Shown one piece after another: positions 6,705 through 13,341 of a stretch of 42,306 nucleotides of DNA. Origin of the DNA: a virus. The stretch spans positions 1-42,306 of the IMG/VR virus record IMGVR_UViG_3300021057_000009; one strand, written 5' to 3'. A program made the position numbers and the translations under genes. How positions within the stretch are numbered: position 1 is the first letter of the stretch; each line of letters begins with the position of its first letter. The notes beneath the pieces are model-generated. The model did no database searches, was not told the origin of the DNA, and worked only from the letters and a program-made list of their open reading frames with translations.

Positions 6705-7042
6705 GGTCGATAGCTCCCATCGCCTTCGTTAAGTGCTTGATCGAGTGTAGGGCAACGCTTGAGCCGTTCGTTCTCCGCGCGAAGCGCCTTCAATTCATCA
6801 AGCTTGCGCTTAAGAACGTCAACCGCTCCTTCGCTTTGGCCTGTCTCGCCGACGTGATCCATCAAGAGGACACAAAGTTCGTTTGATAACTGGCTGTCTT
6901 TGCGTAGGTGTTCGATCTCCTTGTCTTTGGAGGCGAGTTGGGCGCATAGCTCATCAATCTCTTCTTGGTAACACGCCGAACAGGGTTGCGGTTGATACGC
7001 CACCTTTGGATGCGGGCAGTGCTTCGAGGAACGGTATTCCAT
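6701..7042 (-). CDS. Hypothetical coiled-coil/Cys-containing protein, 113 aa
   Basis: ORF track entry with overlapping start/stop with its neighbours. Confidence 0.65.
   Translation of the reverse strand: MEYRSSKHCPHPKVAYQPQPCSACYQEEIDELCAQLASKDKEIEHLRKDSQLSNELCVLLMDHVGETGQSEGAVDVLKRKLDELKALRAENERLKRCPTLDQALNEGDGSYRP
6777..6787 (+). repeat. Weak GC-rich hairpin (possible family copy)
   Basis: The plus strand reads CCGCGC-GAA-GCGCC. The stem is only 4 bp. Confidence 0.3.
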
Positions 7043-7290
7043 TACTTCCCTCTCTTCTTTGTGGGTTTATGGGCGTCCTTCGGACGCGGAAGAACCGGAC
7101 GAATTTCAACTTCTACAAGGTCAGCCATGAAACCCCATCCATCCCAATCTTTCAAGGCATTCTCTTTTCTGAAATAAATGGTTCTTAGCTTTCCAGAGAA
7201 CCAATCTTCGCCATCTGACATGAGAGGAACCAATCCATCCGGTCTTCTTGCACAAACCGCCCACGCCTTAATAGCCTTCTCCTTCTTCAT
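7042..7290 (-). CDS. Hypothetical protein, 82 aa
   Basis: ORF track entry with ATGA overlap with the upstream YopX gene. Confidence 0.6.
   Translation of the reverse strand: MKKEKAIKAWAVCARRPDGLVPLMSDGEDWFSGKLRTIYFRKENALKDWDGWGFMADLVEVEIRPVLPRPKDAHKPTKKRGK
7073..7087 (-). repeat. GC-rich hairpin element (family copy)
   Basis: The minus strand reads GTTCTTC-CGCGTCC-GAA-GGACGCC-CATAAA. 6-bp stem, GAA loop. Confidence 0.65.
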
Positions 7291-7685
7291 GGGGTGTCCT
7301 TGGGCGTGGCTTCGCCACGCGAAAGCAATTCAGGGTTTTCGTAGATGTTCCCGAGAACTTCTATGCCAGCGGTATTCTCACCGCACCAAAATTCAGACTC
7401 GAAGCACCCGCCCCTGAACTCAACAACTGCGATCCGTTCGGCTATTTTTCCGTTCGGATTCATTAGGCTAGATTTCAGGAAGTGCTTAAGAATATCCCCC
7501 TCCCAAATCTCCTTGCCGTTCTTGTCGAGGAGGCCCGTCCAGAAAACTACTTTGTAGTGAGGCGCGGCCTTCGATGATTTGCCTCCTACGACAAACTCTA
7601 AATCTCCGAGACCGTTCATATGACAGTCCATTGGGTGCATCCAGCATTTCAGAGATTCGTTCCAGAACCTGAACTTCGGTCTCAT
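7287..7685 (-). CDS. YopX-family protein (paralog 2)
   Basis: 132 aa. PKFRFW, TGLLDKNGKEIWEGDILK, VLGNIYENPELL. Confidence 0.8.
   Translation of the reverse strand: MRPKFRFWNESLKCWMHPMDCHMNGLGDLEFVVGGKSSKAAPHYKVVFWTGLLDKNGKEIWEGDILKHFLKSSLMNPNGKIAERIAVVEFRGGCFESEFWCGENTAGIEVLGNIYENPELLSRGEATPKDTP
7304..7320 (-). repeat. GC-rich hairpin element (family copy)
   Basis: The minus strand reads TGCTTT-CGCGTGGC-GAA-GCCACGCC-CAAGGA. Perfect 7-bp stem, GAA loop. Confidence 0.7.
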
Positions 7686-7688
7686 CCC

Positions 7689-7874
7689 CTACTCCTCTTT
7701 GGGTGCTTTAGGCGCGTTCCGCGCAACGATAACTTCACCTTTCCGATCAAGTCGGTACTCCTTGCAGTACAAGCAAACCAAGTACTCGTCCTCGACGTAT
7801 CCAGAGCCATCGTCAAAGAGCACCGTCCGACCAGACGGGATTATCGGCGGTACGAAATAGTGGCTACAGCTCAT
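7689..7874 (-). CDS. Hypothetical small Cys-containing protein, 61 aa
   Basis: ORF track entry with 4-nt overlap with the upstream gene. Confidence 0.5.
   Translation of the reverse strand: MSCSHYFVPPIIPSGRTVLFDDGSGYVEDEYLVCLYCKEYRLDRKGEVIVARNAPKAPKEE
7712..7724 (-). repeat. GC-rich hairpin element (family copy)
   Basis: The minus strand reads ATCGTT-GCGCG-GAA-CGCGCC-TAAAGC. 5-bp stem, GAA loop. Confidence 0.6.
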
Positions 7875-8179
7875 TCCTTATCCCTAGTAGTGGGTCCAGG
7901 CGTCCCTTCGGGCCGCGAAAGAGCTTCACGGGCTACGGTTTCCGGGCAATCGCAGTAGCGGTTATGAGCCGCGCCATAACAGCCAGGAATTGCCTCATTA
8001 GCGATCTTCTCCAACGCCTCCCGTAGACGTTTGTTCTCCTGGCACAATTCGTGAAAGTCTGCATCGTCGTAGTACCGCTTCTCTGCCCCATCGTCCTTAA
8101 GGAGCTTGCAGATGGCGGCGAGGGTTCCACCGATCTTCTTGTTCTCCATGCGTAGGATCTCGGCTGTTAGGTCGCTCAC
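7871..8179 (-). CDS. Hypothetical protein, 102 aa
   Basis: ORF track entry. GTG start preceded by AAGAGGGA. Confidence 0.6.
   Translation of the reverse strand: MSDLTAEILRMENKKIGGTLAAICKLLKDDGAEKRYYDDADFHELCQENKRLREALEKIANEAIPGCYGAAHNRYCDCPETVAREALSRPEGTPGPTTRDKE
7900..7916 (-). repeat. GC-rich hairpin element (family copy)
   Basis: The minus strand reads CTCTTT-CGCGGCCC-GAA-GGGACGCC-TGGACC. 7-bp stem with one G-A mismatch. Confidence 0.65.
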
Positions 8180-8565
8180 GATTCCCTCTTAGTTTCTTTG
8201 GGCGATTTCAGCGCGATAATTGCAGAAAAGATCGACTCGTGTTGGCAGATGTCTAGCGCGTTTGATTCCAGCTTGTCTGCTAATTCTGCCGCCTCTTGTA
8301 AGGCTTCTTCCCTTCCTTTTTGGTGGGCGGATTGTAGGCGCTCTGCGAGCGCAAGAACAAGATCATTGTTTTGGAAGCAAAGCTCGTTCGTTGTGTAGCC
8401 TTTGTAGTTCCCAAGATTGCATGAACGACAACTCCAGGTCTTACATTCAAGACAGTCACATACACAGACGTTGGCATCTGCGGCCAATAGAATCTCCCTC
8501 GCCTCTTTCATGTAGGGTATGGGCGCGAAGGGGTCAGGTAAGGGTGGAAATGGCTTTTGCTTCAT
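8176..8565 (-). CDS. Hypothetical Cys-rich protein, 129 aa
   Basis: ORF track entry containing the CVCDCLECKTWSCRSC cluster. Confidence 0.6.
   Translation of the reverse strand: MKQKPFPPLPDPFAPIPYMKEAREILLAADANVCVCDCLECKTWSCRSCNLGNYKGYTTNELCFQNNDLVLALAERLQSAHQKGREEALQEAAELADKLESNALDICQHESIFSAIIALKSPKETKRES
8338..8352 (-). repeat. GC-rich hairpin element (family copy, intragenic)
   Basis: The minus strand reads GTTCTT-GCGCTC-GCA-GAGCGCC-TACAAT. 6-bp stem. Confidence 0.55.
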
Positions 8566-8936
8566 TTCCCGCCCCTCGTCTCAAAGTAGGAGAAGGCGGC
8601 TTTGGCGCAGTGGCGATAGTGTTCTTTGCTTCCAGGCCCAAGATTTTCCCAAAGACTATCGGTTCCAGTGGCAGGGTACAGATACAACACCTTGGCTAGT
8701 TCTTCTATTGGGTCTTGGGGGCGCGGTTCAAGTCCAAGGATTAATGAAATATCTAATGGCATAAGGCGCTGCTTGCGTCCCAGTCCCCACAGCTCAACAG
8801 CCTTGTCTTTAAGCCAGTCGATGAGAATCTTGTCGGCTCTCACATCACCGCCAAAACCATGAAAACAATGCGATTTACTAAGCTCTTCGGTGAGCGGGTG
8901 CATCATTACTCTCCTTTTAGGATCTATGGGCGTCAC
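8562..8936 (-). CDS. Hypothetical protein, 124 aa by track (likely starts at ATG 8906)
   Basis: The track start is GTG. The ATGATG at 8906 is preceded by AAAAGGAG. Confidence 0.6.
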   Translation of the reverse strand: MTPIDPKRRVMMHPLTEELSKSHCFHGFGGDVRADKILIDWLKDKAVELWGLGRKQRLMPLDISLILGLEPRPQDPIEELAKVLYLYPATGTDSLWENLGPGSKEHYRHCAKAAFSYFETRGGK

Positions 8937-8946
8937 TTCGTGCCGC
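8930..8946 (-). repeat. GC-rich hairpin element (family copy)
   Basis: The minus strand reads GATTTA-CGCGGCAC-GAA-GTGACGCC-CATAGA. 7-bp stem with a G-A mismatch at the same position as copy 7900-7916. Confidence 0.65.
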
Positions 8947-8951
8947 GTAAA

Positions 8952-9086
8952 TCACTTCGGTTTTTCGATAAGCTGTACTGTTACTCGCACCGAATCGTAC
9001 CCATTCAGGCGCATCCAAACCGAGAACCAGAGACAAAACGCGCCCAACAAACCCAGGATTAGGCCAACAACCAACAACTTACTCAC
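8952..9086 (-). CDS. Small membrane protein, 44 aa (GTG start inside the 72-aa track ORF)
   Basis: VSKLLVVGLILGLLGAFCLWFSVWMRLNG... has one TM segment. The longer track ORF would overlap the ligase gene by about 50 nt. Confidence 0.4.
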   Translation of the reverse strand: MSKLLVVGLILGLLGAFCLWFSVWMRLNGYDSVRVTVQLIEKPK

Positions 9087-9117
9087 TCTTCTTTCTCTTC
9101 TTTCCTTTTGAGGACAT

Positions 9118-9741
9118 TTAGGCGCTCCGCGCGGGTAAGGCTTTGCTTTTCGGCATTTCGTCTTTCTCAATGGTTTTCTTGAAGCCCACGTTTCCTTGTG
9201 TGTGAAAAACCACGATTCCTTCGGGCTTCATAAAGCCGGGGGCCGCGACACTCCCGCCAACTTTCAGTAGTTCTAGACATTCGTCGATCTTCTGCGTGTC
9301 GAACACGCCCCGATACAGAACGGGTACTAGCGAACAGCCTTCCGGTAGGCGGTCCTGGTACTTCTCGATACGGGGATCTTGCGTCTCAATACGCTTCGGT
9401 TCCTCGTTTGGAAGACACCACCGAACGACGTTGAAGAGGCTCCAACGCTTCTCGCCTTTTGGGAGTCCGTACCCACGCTGGCAACCGCTTCCCCACCACT
9501 CCCCGAAGTGATGCCCGGGCCCTAGCTTCATAAGCTCGTCACGGCGGGTATAGGCCCAGGCCGCGAAGCCGTAGTTATCCTTCTCCGGGGTAATCCATTG
9601 GGTACGGCTACCGCAAAGGAAAGTGCCGTCCTCTCCGATGTAGACCGAGGCGTTCGTACCGTCGATCTTCTCAGTAACGATAATCTCCCTGGAAAGCCTA
9701 GCAATTTTCGGAAACTCCCTGAACTCCACTTCCTTCCCCAT
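9118..9741 (-). CDS. ATP-dependent RNA-ligase-like nucleotidyltransferase (minimal domain)
   Basis: 207 aa. Motif I EKIDGTN (KxDG), motif III-like HHFGEWWG, motif IV-like PEGIVVF, motif V-like GFKKT. Confidence 0.7.
   Translation of the reverse strand: MGKEVEFREFPKIARLSREIIVTEKIDGTNASVYIGEDGTFLCGSRTQWITPEKDNYGFAAWAYTRRDELMKLGPGHHFGEWWGSGCQRGYGLPKGEKRWSLFNVVRWCLPNEEPKRIETQDPRIEKYQDRLPEGCSLVPVLYRGVFDTQKIDECLELLKVGGSVAAPGFMKPEGIVVFHTQGNVGFKKTIEKDEMPKSKALPARSA
9122..9132 (-). repeat. Weak GC-rich hairpin (family copy, 4-bp stem)
   Basis: The minus strand reads CCTTACC-CGCGC-GGA-GCGCC-TAAATG, at the ligase stop codon. Confidence 0.35.
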
Positions 9742-9758
9742 ACCTTAAGCTCCTTTAG

Positions 9759-9772
9759 GCGCCTGACGGCGC
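9759..9772 (-). repeat. GC-rich hairpin element (family copy, intergenic)
   Basis: The minus strand reads GTTTTAC-CGCGCC-GTCA-GGCGCC-TAAAGGAG, followed by the ligase ATG. Confidence 0.6.
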
Positions 9773-9780
9773 GGTAAAAC

Positions 9781-10086
9781 TTAAAGTTCTAATTCCCCAC
9801 CGATCAATTGAATCGCCTGAATCGCCGCTTCCAGCTTGTCCACGTTCGTCCTAATATTACCGACCACAGCGGACGAGACGGGGGTAGGGGCTACCTGTTC
9901 ACCACACCCCGGAATTGAACGCTCGACTCGAAGTGGGCGAAGCTTCTCAAAATGACTCTGAAGCGCCTCCATGAGACGATCCGTAGTTCCCGTTAGTCTG
10001 GATAACTGATTGGACAATTCGGTGCTGTTATTGCTCGGTAAAGCCGTCTTTGCGTTGCTTAACTGACCGTTCTGGTACATATCCAC
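9781..10086 (-). CDS. Hypothetical protein, 101 aa by track (likely ATG at 10080)
   Basis: ORF track entry. AAGGGGG lies upstream of the ATG at 10080. Confidence 0.6.
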   Translation of the reverse strand: MDMYQNGQLSNAKTALPSNNSTELSNQLSRLTGTTDRLMEALQSHFEKLRPLRVERSIPGCGEQVAPTPVSSAVVGNIRTNVDKLEAAIQAIQLIGGELEL

Positions 10087-10120
10087 CCCCTTGTTATCCC
10101 CCTCATAACTACTCCTCCAG

Positions 10121-10133
10121 GCGGCTTCACCGC
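10121..10133 (-). repeat. GC-rich hairpin element (family copy)
   Basis: The minus strand reads TTTTTAA-CGCGGT-GAA-GCCGCC-TGGAGGAG. The fifth pair is G-U, which is possible only in minus-strand RNA. Confidence 0.6.
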
Positions 10134-10356
10134 GTTAAAAACTGGGCCTTCTCTCAGGCTGTCACGCCTTGTTTTACAGGGTCGCCGCGTTCCGCTGGCT
10201 TCGGCTTTTTACTGGCCGATCCGATCCTCCCCCGACCATACCTGTCGATATGGACCCGGTTCTCTGTGCCGAGTATGGGCGCGACCCCATCAGTTTCCTG
10301 TCCACGTTGCCGCCTAACCTTGTTAGGTCTCTCCGTGAAACTCGGCATTCTCTTTC

Positions 10357-10374
10357 GCGGCCCGTTAGGGACGC
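10357..10374 (+). repeat. GC-rich hairpin element (family copy, plus orientation)
   Basis: The plus strand reads CTCTTT-CGCGGCCC-GTTA-GGGACGCC-CAGAAT. Arms are identical to copy 7900-7916. Confidence 0.6.
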
Positions 10375-10514
10375 CCAGAATTAAGTATTACCGCCATACG
10401 ATCCCTCTCCAAATCCCTGTCATAATTCACCCCATCGACCCACCACACAGTGATTAGAAATACAACTAACAAACCTGTCAGGATGAACCAGATACGATTC
10501 TCTGTATCAATCAT
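10365..10514 (-). CDS. Small membrane protein, 49 aa
   Basis: Own translation: MIDTENRIWFILTGLLVVFLITVWWVDGVNYDRDLERDRMAVILNSGRP. ATGA overlap with the DUF3310 stop. One TM segment. Confidence 0.4.
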   Translation of the reverse strand: MIDTENRIWFILTGLLVVFLITVWWVDGVNYDRDLERDRMAVILNSGRP

Positions 10515-10899
10515 TCTCAATCTCACTAATAAGACGGGTCAGATACCACTGAGCCTTTTTCAAATCCTCCACAGGATGCTCCTTGTGTTGATAACGCCAG
10601 AGGTATTTGAGAATGTTTCCTTGTAAGTAAGCAGCAAACCCATCGACACCTACAGCGGATTTGATCGCCTCGATGCATTCAATCCCCCCCTGGGTGTAGT
10701 GAGCAGGGTGATTCACTCGATCTAAATTCTCGGTTTGTTCCGAAAGAAGATGAGGACAAGGATCGCAAACATGATCCACACTGTCAGGGTTAAGATTGTT
10801 TGATGTAGAATTCCCATACAGGGATTCGCTTGCATCCTTTGATGTCACAGTTTTCAGGCTCCTCACACGTATCCCATTGACCAGACTTAACCTTTTCAA
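10507..10899 (-). CDS. DUF3310-family protein (start uncertain)
   Basis: The C-terminal VNHPAHYTQGGIECIEAIKSA...LQGNILKYLWRYQHK...DLKKAQWYL matches the remembered DUF3310 pattern. The N-terminal ~36 codons overlap the upstream ORF. Confidence 0.7.
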   Translation of the reverse strand: MKRLSLVNGIRVRSLKTVTSKDASESLYGNSTSNNLNPDSVDHVCDPCPHLLSEQTENLDRVNHPAHYTQGGIECIEAIKSAVGVDGFAAYLQGNILKYLWRYQHKEHPVEDLKKAQWYLTRLISEIEND

Positions 10900-10987
10900 C
10901 TAAAGTTCGATGATGCTCACAGATTAGGTATCTAGTGCCTATGCTCAGTTCCAACCTCTGTTTAGACAATCGCTGAATGGGGGACAT
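10790..10987 (-). CDS. Hypothetical Cys/His-containing protein, 65 aa
   Basis: ORF track entry with TAATG coupling to the upstream 40-aa ORF. Confidence 0.45.
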   Translation of the reverse strand: MSPIQRLSKQRLELSIGTRYLICEHHRTLVEKVKSGQWDTCEEPENCDIKGCKRIPVWEFYIKQS

Positions 10988-11109
10988 TAGTTGTCACTGA
11001 ATTGTTCACTGGTGGCATCTTCTCCACTTTCATGGAGGTATTCATTTAGATTGGGGCAATCCTTCTCATGCCTATTACCCCCCTTACCGCACCAGCGACA
11101 GATCGACAT
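10987..11109 (-). CDS. Hypothetical 40-aa CxxC protein
   Basis: Own translation: MSICRWCGKGGNRHEKDCPNLNEYLHESGEDATSEQFSDN. SD GAGGGGG lies 7 nt upstream. Confidence 0.45.
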   Translation of the reverse strand: MSICRWCGKGGNRHEKDCPNLNEYLHESGEDATSEQFSDN

Positions 11110-11111
11110 CC

Positions 11112-11570
11112 TTAATCCCCCTCATGTGATAAGTAACCAAACTCAGCTTCAATATGACTTTTCTTCTCATCGTGCCGCTTCGTTCGCTGAGTGGACCAGA
11201 TGAACTCATCCCCCACTCCCAACTTCTCGCACACAGCGTCTATCAAAACCTTTTCCAAGTTTGTAAGGTCACGCCGACGAACCTTCCCGTTTTTATAATA
11301 GAAGTCACCGACCGCCACCCAATTGAAGTAGAAGAGGCCGGTAGGGTGATGAGGATTCGGCTTAAACGTGGGTACGTATTCTTTGGCTTGCGTTTTCCAG
11401 AGTCTGACTTCTGGTTTGAGGACATATTGGTATTCCCCGAAGTGACCTTTGATGTGATAGTAGATATCGTTCATTGATGGAGGGAGTAAGGGGATGAGGA
11501 ACCGAATAAATTGAGGATTCTGAGCCTCAACCTTGCTATCCCCCGTCCCCTTACTCTCCTCTTTCTCCAC
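11112..11570 (-). CDS. rusA: RusA-like Holliday-junction resolvase
   Basis: 152 aa. LPPSMNDIYY..., LKPEVRLWK and RRRDLTNLEKVLIDAV...GDEFIW fit the RusA pattern. GTG start. Confidence 0.65.
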   Translation of the reverse strand: MEKEESKGTGDSKVEAQNPQFIRFLIPLLPPSMNDIYYHIKGHFGEYQYVLKPEVRLWKTQAKEYVPTFKPNPHHPTGLFYFNWVAVGDFYYKNGKVRRRDLTNLEKVLIDAVCEKLGVGDEFIWSTQRTKRHDEKKSHIEAEFGYLSHEGD

Positions 11571-11572
11571 TA

Positions 11573-11719
11573 TCAGTTCTGTATGGATTGCTCTAACTTA
11601 TTGATGTGAAATATCAGTGCCTGTAGATCCAATTCCCGCACTACCTGTTCATAGACCTTATCGCTGACGGAATAGCCCGTATCGGTTTTTTCCTCATAGA
11701 CCACTACACGAACTCTCAC
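11573..11719 (-). CDS. Hypothetical 48-aa protein (GTG start)
   Basis: Own translation: VRVRVVVYEEKTDTGYSVSDKVYEQVVRELDLQALIFHINKLEQSIQN. SD AGGAGG lies 5 nt upstream. GTGA overlap with the upstream stop. Confidence 0.45.
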   Translation of the reverse strand: MRVRVVVYEEKTDTGYSVSDKVYEQVVRELDLQALIFHINKLEQSIQN

Positions 11720-12312
11720 TGAGCCCTCCTGAAGGAGGACAGTTGGTTCTGATAAGTCCCCACCCCTTTGTATTCCCCTGTTTGAGGGTCACGGGCTTGA
11801 TCCTCTTTCTTAATAACGTTACAGAGGAGTTCACAGCCGATAAGGGTTTGAACTAGTGAGTCCATGTCGATTCTCCGATCAGACTTGCGGTAGTCGTTAA
11901 GCGAAGGGTCGATACCGCAAGCAGATATGAGTTGTTTGAACTCAACCATGTATTGTTGGGTCTTCCACCACTGGCGCGTGGTTTCCTTCTTGGCTGTCTC
12001 GACTTTGAGCTTCACTTTGTCGGGATGAACCCAGTAGGTAATCCGCTGCGGGAATTGGGGGATCAACATATCGGCGTACTTCATCTCAGTCTCCCCTGTT
12101 TCTGAATTAGTCACAGGGACTCCATCGACTACTTGGAAGCTGATATTTAGTGTGGCCGTGTCCTGATCCTTGTTCATCGCGGCTTTTACCTTCTTCACGC
12201 GTACACGGAGGTTTGAAAGAGGCGGGAGGACAAACCTCTGCTCCTTAACCTCGTTCAAATCACCGATTTCAATACTGTCAATCACATCAAAACCCTCATC
12301 CGACATCATCAT
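11716..12312 (-). CDS. Hypothetical protein, possibly DUF669-like ssDNA-binding protein
   Basis: 198 aa. The function is suggested only by its position directly after a Sak4-type ATPase, a common phage pairing. Confidence 0.45.
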   Translation of the reverse strand: MMMSDEGFDVIDSIEIGDLNEVKEQRFVLPPLSNLRVRVKKVKAAMNKDQDTATLNISFQVVDGVPVTNSETGETEMKYADMLIPQFPQRITYWVHPDKVKLKVETAKKETTRQWWKTQQYMVEFKQLISACGIDPSLNDYRKSDRRIDMDSLVQTLIGCELLCNVIKKEDQARDPQTGEYKGVGTYQNQLSSFRRAQ

Positions 12313-12329
12313 TTAGCTCCTTAGTTGAC

Positions 12330-13160
12330 TTACTGTTGGACTTGCTTAGCCGGTTCCTTAATCTGTTTGACTGATTCCATTAGAGTTTGATAGGACACGT
12401 TTTCCACTTTGACGGGCAGACCATAACGGTTCTTAGCGTTAATCGTGGACCCCATTGCCCTGGCCTTCTGGCAGTAGGCTATGAATTTCGGCTTACCGTC
12501 AGGGGTTATTTCACGGTCCAGGTAGAGCGAAGCTCCGAACATTCCCTCGGACTGATTCCTGAATCCTCCAAGGATGTTGGGGGAGATATCGGCTGACTTG
12601 TCGATCTTGTCCTCCATTGCTTCCTCGGATTCTCTTTTTAAATGACACGACACAATTACGTTACCGGGGAAGTTGACTATCTCCATGGAGATGAAACGGA
12701 ATAACCAACGGGCTAACTCTCCGTACATTCCCTGAGTGTCTACATTCCCAGTCTTGGCTGAGATGACTTTCTGGAAAGTGTTGATGTAGAGCCAGAATTT
12801 CTCAGAGGTGTAGGTGAGATTATCGAGGAAGAGGGTTTCAACTTCCCCTTTGGCATAGAGTTCCTTCGCTCTCCTGGCGGCTTTGTAGATAGCCCCTCCC
12901 TCATCCTTCCCCGAAGGTTCCTTGAACATGCCACGGACTTCTTCATGAGTTGATGGGAGGAAGTATTCATACTCGACTAAGTTATCGAGCAGGGGGTTAT
13001 TCACAGCTACGTGGAGGAGATCCAGCCCCCCAGGTTCTGTGCCGATATAGAACACTTTGGGGAAGGTGAGCCCGAAGTGGGTCTTACCTGTTCCAAACAA
13101 ACCATTGAGTTGAATCTTGAACGTGGGTTTCTTGGATCGAAACTCTTCCTTATTAGGCAT
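12330..13160 (-). CDS. AAA_24 / Sak4-like RecA-fold ATPase (recombination)
   Basis: 276 aa. Walker A GLFGTGKTHF near the N-terminus. The size and context match phage Sak4-type proteins. Confidence 0.7.
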   Translation of the reverse strand: MPNKEEFRSKKPTFKIQLNGLFGTGKTHFGLTFPKVFYIGTEPGGLDLLHVAVNNPLLDNLVEYEYFLPSTHEEVRGMFKEPSGKDEGGAIYKAARRAKELYAKGEVETLFLDNLTYTSEKFWLYINTFQKVISAKTGNVDTQGMYGELARWLFRFISMEIVNFPGNVIVSCHLKRESEEAMEDKIDKSADISPNILGGFRNQSEGMFGASLYLDREITPDGKPKFIAYCQKARAMGSTINAKNRYGLPVKVENVSYQTLMESVKQIKEPAKQVQQ

Positions 13161-13341
13161 TGGCTACCTCCAATACCTCACAGCTACTCATCGGTACACG
13201 AACCAGTGAATTCGTGTTCTCATCCACACCCGTAATAGTGACAACAGGTTCTTTGAAGTATTTCTCCATTCCTTGAATCTTCATGATGAGGACTACTTTC
13301 ACCCTATCCCCTATCTGCATCATCGCCTCCTTCGGTTTCAC
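13153..13341 (-). CDS. Hypothetical protein, about 55-62 aa
   Basis: ORF track entry. Probably starts at an internal Met (MMQIGDRV...) because the 5' end overlaps the nuclease gene. Confidence 0.5.
   Translation of the reverse strand: MKPKEAMMQIGDRVKVVLIMKIQGMEKYFKEPVVTITGVDENTNSLVRVPMSSCEVLEVANA

Noticed and set aside
7073-7916. Reading the hairpin loops on the plus strand as C(UUCG)G extra-stable tetraloops (cttcgg at 7078-7083 and 7906-7911)
   Set aside because: With a UUCG tetraloop register the next stem pair becomes C-A, so the stem collapses. Only the 3-nt loop register (UUC on plus, GAA on minus) keeps all stems paired.
8725-8735. GGTTCAAGTCC, a tRNA T-loop-like string
   Set aside because: The flanking bases cannot form a 5-bp T-stem (only 2 pairs). 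No acceptor or anticodon arms are apparent, and it lies inside a well-supported minus-strand ORF. I found no tRNA anywhere by eye.
10050-10457. 135-aa plus-strand ORF and 71-aa plus-strand ORF in the early-operon gap
   Set aside because: The products are Pro/Ser/Arg-rich and low-complexity. They lie on the strand opposite to all neighbouring genes and have no SD.
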